From Candidatus Latescibacterota bacterium (GTDB taxonomy: Bacteria > Latescibacterota > UBA2968 > GCA-2709665): a stretch of DNA of 64,000 bases. The stretch covers positions 1,760,001-1,824,000 of the forward strand of contig OZ252100.1 of the NCBI GenBank assembly GCA_965248435.1, read 5' to 3'. The notes beneath the pieces are model-generated. The model saw only the letters and a list, made by a program, of their open reading frames with translations. It had not been told where the DNA came from and ran no database searches. Positions 56,976-64,000 of this stretch are shown one piece after another. The translations under genes and the position numbers were made by a program. The stretch's first letter is position 1. Every line of letters begins with the position of its first letter.

Positions 56976-59015
56976 GTGGCCGTGAACTTGGCTGACAGAT
57001 ATTTCCAGAGCATCCCCGAATGGATCTGGATGGCCCTCTTCATTCTGGTGCCCCTCATCTATTCCGGGCAGGTCTACGAAGGCGCTTTGTATCCGCGGCT
57101 GGTCGTCTTTCAGATCCTGCTGCTCTTCATCGCGCTGGCAGGCCTGATTCAAGCACGGAACAAACGGCCGTTCCGGGGCTCCTCTCCAATCATTTTGCCA
57201 CTTTTGATCTATGCTCTGCTGGCCGCACTGTCAGTGGTGCAATCCGTCAATCGTGTGGAATCCGTTCTCAGGCTCGCGCATTACACCAGTTTCGTCCTCC
57301 TGCCGATCTTCGTCATCTGGACCCTATCCAGCGAGTCCCTCTTCCGAATCTTCCGTGTGGCGGCCTGGACCGGGCTGCCGATCTCCCTGATAGGGCTGGG
57401 TCAAAATTTTGGCCTGGATGCCGAAATCTCAGGCTGGGGTGTCTACGACATTCCTTCCCCAGCCCCTCCCAGCGCCACATTCTTCCACAGAAACGTTGCC
57501 GCCGAATACGTGATCGGCGTCCTCCCGCTTGGCTGGATCTGTTTTCGTCTTTCGCGCACCTCAAAGTCCGCCGCCGTCCACGCCGCCCTCCTCGTCCTGC
57601 TCGGGGCTTTCCTGATCTATACACGCGCGCGCGGTGCGTGGATGGGCTTTTTTGTCTCCATCCTCTTAACCGCTGGACTGGCCCGTCTTACATTGCCGAG
57701 GGAATCGCGAATGAGTACGGATTCACTCGCAAGGCGCAAGAAGCTTATGACGATCGTGGCGATCGGCCTCCTCGCTCTCCTGGCTGCGCTTCCTGAAGAC
57801 ATAAAGCATCCAGGCAGCCAACCCTTTGACGAAAAAAAGAGCGATGTACTCGCTGCGGTGACATCCATCTTCTCAGAACACGGAGACCGAGGTCGGCTCA
57901 GCATCTGGGGCCATACGCTGGACATGGTCTGGGACCGACCGTTTGGCGGCGTAGGTCTCGGGAACTGGCAGTTCATCTACCCCGTATACGCTCGAGGAGA
58001 CCAGGTGAACGTCTCTGCGGCACCCTCCCGCCCTCACAACGATTTTCTGTGGATCGCATCAGAAGTGGGCATTCCTGGATGGCTCGTATACATGCTAATC
58101 CTGACCTTCGTCGCAAGAATGGGCTGGAACCTCCTGAAGGTTTCAGCCTTTCCCACGAGAACCGCTGTCCTGGGTATTTGCTCCCTGGTCCTTGCCCATC
58201 TTGGATCTAGTATGTTCAACTATCCCCGGGAACGGGTCTCGCCCTCCCTCTGTTTCTGGTTTGCCATTGGCGCGATCGCCGTTCTCCACGGCGATCGATT
58301 CGGATTGCATCTGAATAGGTTGAATACGAACCGATGGACACTCCTGTCCTCCCACACACTGGGTTGCCTGCTGCTCCTAATGGCGATCGGAGTGACGGGG
58401 CGAATGCTGGCTTATGACATCCATCACAAGAGGGTCTTTGATGCAGAACGAAGAGAGGATTGGCCAACGGTGATCCAGGAGGCGGAGCTTGCTGCCTCCT
58501 ACGGCCGCTTCAGGACTGCGACCTTCGCTAACCTGGGCAAAGCTCGCTACAGGTCCGGAGACCCGGACGGTGCCGAGACCGCTTACCGGACCGCTCTCCA
58601 GGTACACCCGAATTCGCTTCACGCATACAATAGACTGGGAATTCTTTATCTTCACACAGAACGGCTTAGCGAAGCAGAGGAGGCTTTTCAAAGAGCGCTG
58701 ACGCTCTCTCCTGGGTTTTCTGAAGCCTATCATAATCTTGGGAATGTCTTTCGTGTCCAGGGACGGCTCGACGAAGCGATCCTTGCATACCAGAAGGCCC
58801 TTGGCCGGGTTCCACCCGCACCCCAGACCTATTACTACCTTGGATGGATCTACCACATGAAAGGGGAACTCCTGAAGGCTCAGCGTGGTTACCAGCAGGC
58901 ACTTGAAGCCGACCCAGGCTACGCGCCTGCGCGCCGCGCCCTGACACACATCGGTGCCTCCCCGAAAGCACGCCCAACTGCAGAAACAGAAGGCGATTCG
59001 AGTGAAGACCTCTAG
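56976..59015 (+). CDS. O-antigen ligase-family/TPR fusion (paralog 4)
   Basis: PSATFFHRN, TRARGAW, FDEKK, DRGRL, RPHND, FNYPRE; TPRs. Confidence 0.85.
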   Translation: MAVNLADRYFQSIPEWIWMALFILVPLIYSGQVYEGALYPRLVVFQILLLFIALAGLIQARNKRPFRGSSPIILPLLIYALLAALSVVQSVNRVESVLRLAHYTSFVLLPIFVIWTLSSESLFRIFRVAAWTGLPISLIGLGQNFGLDAEISGWGVYDIPSPAPPSATFFHRNVAAEYVIGVLPLGWICFRLSRTSKSAAVHAALLVLLGAFLIYTRARGAWMGFFVSILLTAGLARLTLPRESRMSTDSLARRKKLMTIVAIGLLALLAALPEDIKHPGSQPFDEKKSDVLAAVTSIFSEHGDRGRLSIWGHTLDMVWDRPFGGVGLGNWQFIYPVYARGDQVNVSAAPSRPHNDFLWIASEVGIPGWLVYMLILTFVARMGWNLLKVSAFPTRTAVLGICSLVLAHLGSSMFNYPRERVSPSLCFWFAIGAIAVLHGDRFGLHLNRLNTNRWTLLSSHTLGCLLLLMAIGVTGRMLAYDIHHKRVFDAERREDWPTVIQEAELAASYGRFRTATFANLGKARYRSGDPDGAETAYRTALQVHPNSLHAYNRLGILYLHTERLSEAEEAFQRALTLSPGFSEAYHNLGNVFRVQGRLDEAILAYQKALGRVPPAPQTYYYLGWIYHMKGELLKAQRGYQQALEADPGYAPARRALTHIGASPKARPTAETEGDSSEDL

Positions 59016-61110
59016 GCCCACATCAATCCAGACCCGGATTGCTCCCGGCATCCTTTCACTCGCGCTGTTGCTTCTGCCTTTGGTGGGACTGTTAGTCCTG
59101 CCTCTAGTCTACACAGGCCTCGGTGCGGGTGACCTTCTTGCAAAGAGGATGCTCCTCTACCTCCTCGCGTTTGGCCTCTCCGCAATCTGGCTCTTGTCCG
59201 CAATCCGAAAAGCCGCATCCATACCCGCCACGCCACTAACGCTCCCGGCCACGGCCTATGTTGCATTCAATCTTCTCTCCCTCACCTGGGCGACCAATCC
59301 TTTCTCCGGAATGGTAGAGGCCGCTCAGCTCGTTGCACTGCTCATCATCTTTCTCGGTATCGTCCTTTTCATGGGCACGAACCATATTTTGACGCTGGCC
59401 CAGTTCAGTGCGGCAGGTGGGCTGCTCGTCTCCATCATCGGTATTGGTCAGTATCTCGGCCTCGGATTCGAATGGATTCCCTCCGCGGGATTGCCGAGCG
59501 GGGGTTTCCTCTTTCGCAACCTGGCTGCGGCCTATCTCGTGGGCAACATCCCCTTTGGGCTCCTCGCAGTCTTGCTCGATCCTTCACGCCTTCGAAAAAT
59601 TCTCTGGTCGATTGCCACGACCTCGATGGTCCTATTCCTTGTCTACACTCGCACGAGGGGTGCCTGGATCGGGCTGGGGGGTGCCATCCTCCTGGCCTGC
59701 GTCTACCTAGGGTTCAATCGCCCCCTGCGTGAGAATCTGGCCGGCCGCTTTGGCCTCCAGCTCAGGTCTCGGGCCTTGTTTCTCGGAGTTTCGGTCACCC
59801 TGATTGTCCTCATCGGCGGAGCCCTCCTGCCCGCCCGCACCTCGAAGAGGGTTTACCAGCGGTTCGATGAAAGGAAGTCCAGTCCCGCAGTTGCAGCGGC
59901 CTCGCTTCTTGCGCCGGGAAGTGACCGCGGTCGGTTGACGATGTGGAAGCACACCATAGAGATCATCGCTGACCACCCACTCGCCGGGGTTGGCCTCGAC
60001 AACTGGGAGTTTGTCTACCCTCGCTACGACCGGGGAGATAAGATAACGGGCGCCTCAGAACCGGTAAGACCCCACAACGACGTCCTCTGGATCGGCTCAG
60101 AACTCGGCCTGATAGGTCTAGCCTTATATCTGTGGCTCCTTTTCACCGCCTTCCGAAACGTCCACCGCCTGCTTCAGCGAGGGAGCGAAGAAGCACAGAC
60201 AACCGTCCTGGCGTGCGGAGTCGCCCTTGTCGCCCTGCTCGGACACAGCTGCTTCAGCTTCCTGAGAGAACGACCCGCGCCCTCAGTGCTCTTCTGGCTG
60301 TCTCTGGGCATAATTGGCCTGCTTTCTGCACAACGAACGAGCCCGAGAGGCCACTCCGGTTTCCGTGCGGCCGTTCCCGCGCTCGGTCTCCTCATCTCAC
60401 TTGGTGCCTTACACCTCACGTGGCGCCATATCCACTTCGACAGATACTTTCATCGCGCGCTGGCCTACGCCGAATCCGACGCGTGGACGGCGGTAGAGCG
60501 GGAGACCAGGCTCGCGCTTCGAAGCGGTACGTTTGACCACCGTGCCCGGTTCCTCATGGCCAGGGCGTTGCAGGGTCAGGGACGTCACGTGGAGGCGGAA
60601 CGCGCCTACTTGAGGGCCCAACTCGCGCACCCGAACTACGCCCACACCTATTACAACCTGGGACGCGTCTACGAGACGAAGCGGGATTGGACCCGGGCCA
60701 TCGCATCCTACAGGCACGCTCTGGAGATCAGCCCTGAGTATGAGAAGGCCAGGATCCATTTGGGGAACGCCTATGTCTCGACCGGCCGGCTGGATGAGGC
60801 GGTGCGCGAGTTTCAGCAGGGTGCTTCTCGCGGATCTGCGGAGGCGAGGGGAAACCTTGGGGTCGCCTACTTGCAGAAGGGGGACCTCGACCGCGCTATT
60901 GCCGAACTTCAGGAAGCGATCCGTCTGCGCCCAAACTATCCCGAGGCTCACAACAACTTGGCATACGTGTATGAACTGAAGGGCCTTTACCAAGAATCGA
61001 TCGAGGCGTACCAATCCCTGCTGCGCCACTGGAAAGGCGACCCCGGCTATCGAGAAACCGTCGAACGGCACATTCAAGCACTTCGAAACCAGATCGCACT
61101 GGGAAAGTAG
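59002..61110 (+). CDS. O-antigen ligase-family/TPR fusion (paralog 5)
   Basis: PSGGFLFRN, TRTRGAW, FDERK, DRGRL, RPHND; GTG start at 59002 inferred. Confidence 0.83.
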   Translation: MKTSRPTSIQTRIAPGILSLALLLLPLVGLLVLPLVYTGLGAGDLLAKRMLLYLLAFGLSAIWLLSAIRKAASIPATPLTLPATAYVAFNLLSLTWATNPFSGMVEAAQLVALLIIFLGIVLFMGTNHILTLAQFSAAGGLLVSIIGIGQYLGLGFEWIPSAGLPSGGFLFRNLAAAYLVGNIPFGLLAVLLDPSRLRKILWSIATTSMVLFLVYTRTRGAWIGLGGAILLACVYLGFNRPLRENLAGRFGLQLRSRALFLGVSVTLIVLIGGALLPARTSKRVYQRFDERKSSPAVAAASLLAPGSDRGRLTMWKHTIEIIADHPLAGVGLDNWEFVYPRYDRGDKITGASEPVRPHNDVLWIGSELGLIGLALYLWLLFTAFRNVHRLLQRGSEEAQTTVLACGVALVALLGHSCFSFLRERPAPSVLFWLSLGIIGLLSAQRTSPRGHSGFRAAVPALGLLISLGALHLTWRHIHFDRYFHRALAYAESDAWTAVERETRLALRSGTFDHRARFLMARALQGQGRHVEAERAYLRAQLAHPNYAHTYYNLGRVYETKRDWTRAIASYRHALEISPEYEKARIHLGNAYVSTGRLDEAVREFQQGASRGSAEARGNLGVAYLQKGDLDRAIAELQEAIRLRPNYPEAHNNLAYVYELKGLYQESIEAYQSLLRHWKGDPGYRETVERHIQALRNQIALGK

Positions 61111-61114
61111 CTGA

Positions 61115-63253
61115 ATGGCGAACCGACCAACCCATCGGCACGCAACTGAAGGCGATACACCCGAACGGGTGACCCGACTCTGCTTTCTGTTCCTTTTCGT
61201 CCTGGTCCCACTCGTCTACCATTCCGAGGTTTTCAGTTTCGCCCTGCTTCCAAAGCGACTCATTCTCCAGGTCTTGTTGCTGGTTTCGGCTATCTTCTGG
61301 GTCTTTGGTTCAAGTCGCGCTTCGATACATAAGACAAGCCTGAACAACCCCGCCCTCCTTTACTTCCTGGTTTCACTCATCGCCTTTACCCAGGTAATCA
61401 ACCCGGTGGAGGGGCTGATCAACCTCAGCCACCAGCTCACTTTTCTGATGCTCTTCCTTGTCCTGGTCAGCACCTTTCAGGTCTCGTCCATCCCGGATCT
61501 CCTTCGCGCGGTGGCGCTCGTCGGTATCTTTGTTTCGATCATCGGAATCATGGAAGCGCGTGGTTTCGATCTGCCCTGGTTTCCGGTTTCCAATGGGCGT
61601 CCGAGCGCGACCTTCGCCTACCGAAACCTCGCTGCCTCGTATTTGATCATGAGCATTCCGTTGAGCGCCGCGCTCTCCCTGACCAGCAAGAGTCATAAAG
61701 ACTTCCTTCTTGGTCTGGTCTCGACAGGTTTGATGGTCGTATTCCTTATTTACACTAGAACGCGGGGTGCCTGGGCTGGCCTGGCTGGAGCAGTCACTGC
61801 GATGGTTCTGCTCCTGGCCTTTGCAAAGGTCAGATGGTCCACGTCGTTCGACGTCTCCAAACACGAGCTACTGAGTCGAAGGGTCCTCACACCCCTGCTC
61901 GTCGTTCTTGCTACATCGATCACACTCTCGTTGCTGCCGCCGGTGATCGCCTCCCAACAAAGTAGAGGCATTGATGAGAAGAAGCAGGACCTGCTCGCGG
62001 CGCTCGCTTCCGTGAAAATCCCGGGCGCCGACAGGGGTCGAAAGGCCATGTGGAGTCACACCCTGGAAATGATTGAGCATCATCCCCTACTCGGTGTTGG
62101 ACCCGGAAACTGGCAGTACCACTATCCCAAATACGATGGCGGGGATATGTTGACCAGCGATTCGGCCCCCCAGCGACCGCACAACGATTTTCTCTGGATC
62201 GCCGCTGAGATCGGTCTGATCGGCCTGTCGGCATACCTTGTGCTTCTTCTGTTCACGGTGAAGGCTGTCCTCTCCATCCTGCGAAAACCCCGACAGCCGT
62301 TGCACGCGATGTATGCCGCGGCGTTCTTTACAAGCCTCCTGGCGATGTTGGGACACAGTCTTTTCAGCTTCCCACGAGAACGATGCGAGACCTCTCTCCT
62401 TTTCTGGGCGGCTGTCGCCATCCTTGCCCTCTTGGACACCCCTCGACCTTCTATCCCGCGGAGGATCTCGTCATCTCCGTTGCGCCGCAATGCGATCAAG
62501 CTCATCCCGATACTCCTCGTCCTTTCAACCTGGATCACCGTCCGCCATCTTCAGTTCGACGTTCACTACTTGCAGGCGCGCCGATACGAAAAGGGAGGTG
62601 ACTTCCGTGCTACGCTCCCGGAGGCCCAAAAGGCACTCTCCTACGGCCCGTTCGACCCTCAGGCCTTTCTACTCCTGTCCAAAGGCCACCAGGCGGCCGG
62701 GCAGTTTCGGGAAGCAAGGGAAGATCTACTCGAGGGTCTGAGCTACCACCCTCATTCCATTCAGTTATTGGGCGATCTGGGGAACTGCTACGCATTCTTG
62801 GACAGCCTGGATCGCGCGGAGCATCTCTTTCGGAACGTACTGGAGATCTTTCCCGGCTACTATCAAATGTATAACAACCTCGGCGGTGTCTACCAGAAAC
62901 GGGGTGAAATCGACAAGGCAATAAAGACCTACACGACTGTCCTGGAAAGAGACCCGAAATACATAGAAGCCTACAGCAACCTTGGGCTGGCCCTTCTGAG
63001 TGCGGATCGAGCGGACGAGGCCATTCAAGTCTATCTAAAGGCGCTGGAGGTCGCTCCGGGGGATGCCGTCCTGCACCACAACCTGGGCGATGCCTACTAT
63101 CATAAAGGCCAAAGCGACCCGGCAGCGCTGCCGCTGGCCCTGGCGGAATATGAGCGTTTTCTGAAACTCTGGAGAGGTGCGCGGCAGGTTCGAGAGACCG
63201 CGCGTAATCGGATTCTGGAGATACGTAAAAGCGGCCACGGGGTGACGGAATGA
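61115..63253 (+). CDS. O-antigen ligase-family/TPR fusion (paralog 6)
   Basis: PSATFAYRN, TRTRGAW, IDEKK, DRGRK, RPHND, FSFPRE; TPRs. Confidence 0.85.
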   Translation: MANRPTHRHATEGDTPERVTRLCFLFLFVLVPLVYHSEVFSFALLPKRLILQVLLLVSAIFWVFGSSRASIHKTSLNNPALLYFLVSLIAFTQVINPVEGLINLSHQLTFLMLFLVLVSTFQVSSIPDLLRAVALVGIFVSIIGIMEARGFDLPWFPVSNGRPSATFAYRNLAASYLIMSIPLSAALSLTSKSHKDFLLGLVSTGLMVVFLIYTRTRGAWAGLAGAVTAMVLLLAFAKVRWSTSFDVSKHELLSRRVLTPLLVVLATSITLSLLPPVIASQQSRGIDEKKQDLLAALASVKIPGADRGRKAMWSHTLEMIEHHPLLGVGPGNWQYHYPKYDGGDMLTSDSAPQRPHNDFLWIAAEIGLIGLSAYLVLLLFTVKAVLSILRKPRQPLHAMYAAAFFTSLLAMLGHSLFSFPRERCETSLLFWAAVAILALLDTPRPSIPRRISSSPLRRNAIKLIPILLVLSTWITVRHLQFDVHYLQARRYEKGGDFRATLPEAQKALSYGPFDPQAFLLLSKGHQAAGQFREAREDLLEGLSYHPHSIQLLGDLGNCYAFLDSLDRAEHLFRNVLEIFPGYYQMYNNLGGVYQKRGEIDKAIKTYTTVLERDPKYIEAYSNLGLALLSADRADEAIQVYLKALEVAPGDAVLHHNLGDAYYHKGQSDPAALPLALAEYERFLKLWRGARQVRETARNRILEIRKSGHGVTE

Positions 63254-64000
63254 GGCCAGACTCCTCCAGCGTAGTAGCGATCTCGCTTGGTGCGGCAGCC
63301 GTCCTGATTCCCATCGTTTACCTGCCGGCGACGTTTGACTTTCCACTTCACGCCCGTCTCTTCATCCTCCAATGTCTTTTGATCGTGGGTCTTTTGGGCT
63401 GGGCTATCCGTGCCTTTGAGATGGGTCAGACATCTTGTTCTCCTCTCACCCTCCCACTGATCGTCTACACCGGCATCTCACTCGCCTCGATCACCTGGTC
63501 GACGAACCCTGTAGATGGCATCGTCCAGGGCAGCAGGGTTTTCGCATTTTCATTCCTGGCCCTGCTCGCGGCACACGCGATCAGTCCAAGATTCATACGC
63601 GCCGTCTACGCGGCGGTGGGGGTTGCAGGGGCGGTCGTCTCGCTGATCGGCATCTCGCAATACTTCGGCTGGTCAATCGCCAACAAGATCCCCACAGTTG
63701 GCAATCCCAGTGCCACCTTCGGCTACCGTAATATTGCCGCGAGCTACATCGTCGTGGCCATCCTGCCCGGGGCTGCCCTCGCCTGGACGGCCTCAACGCG
63801 TCGTGCCCAAACGGCCGGCTTTCTGTCAGTTGCCCTGATGGGTCTTTTCCTGATCTACACCAGGACGCGCGGCGCCTGGCTGGGCCTTGCGGGCTCGCTC
63901 TTCGTGGGAATCTTTCTGCTGGTCTGGATTCGGGTTCGATCAGGATCGGACTTGATCGGACTCGCACGTTCCCGTACTCGACTCCTCTTGCTAACAGCCG
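63250..64000 (+). CDS. O-antigen ligase-family protein (paralog 7), truncated by the window end; not in the ORF track
   Basis: ATG 63250 overlaps the previous stop; translates MRPDSSSVVAISLG..., 'IPTVGNPSATFGYRNIAASY', 'YTRTRGAW'. Confidence 0.85.
   Translation, partial: MRPDSSSVVAISLGAAAVLIPIVYLPATFDFPLHARLFILQCLLIVGLLGWAIRAFEMGQTSCSPLTLPLIVYTGISLASITWSTNPVDGIVQGSRVFAFSFLALLAAHAISPRFIRAVYAAVGVAGAVVSLIGISQYFGWSIANKIPTVGNPSATFGYRNIAASYIVVAILPGAALAWTASTRRAQTAGFLSVALMGLFLIYTRTRGAWLGLAGSLFVGIFLLVWIRVRSGSDLIGLARSRTRLLLLTA

Overview
A moderately GC-rich bacterial cell-envelope region. The 'NxPNPFNP...KxMLLK' FlgD-Ig/T9SS-type-A-like C-terminal domains and the cohesin/dockerin proteins suggest an FCB-related lineage such as Latescibacterota (inference only). 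Layout from left to right: (1) 0.4-19.7 kb, a + strand glycan synthesis/decoration cluster with 4 GT-C-like membrane proteins, a GT2, 3 GT4s, a flippase-like protein, AsnB, 2 carbamoyltransferases and 2 methyltransferases. (2) A lone receiver protein, a sigma-54-driven lipoprotein/LpoB operon, adk, an orphan sigma-54-driven fliM and an HD hydrolase. (3) A ~27 kb minus-strand block with two paralogous ~1,800-aa secreted cohesin/dockerin proteins whose 3' ends are near-identical, a third large CTD protein, lipoproteins, an HNH protein, a frameshifted priming sugar transferase and two O-antigen-ligase/TPR fusions. (4) A + strand array of five more O-antigen-ligase/TPR paralogs. Between the two giant genes is a 2.2-kb non-coding region holding a 511-bp tandem duplication and five hairpin+boxA-like modules. 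The two giant genes share collinear leader motifs but appear to have different promoters. Best overall hypothesis: a partly sigma-54-controlled system that builds and glycosylates a cohesin-dockerin surface layer. No rRNA, tRNA, CRISPR array or transposase was seen. All family calls are by motif recognition; no database searches were run.
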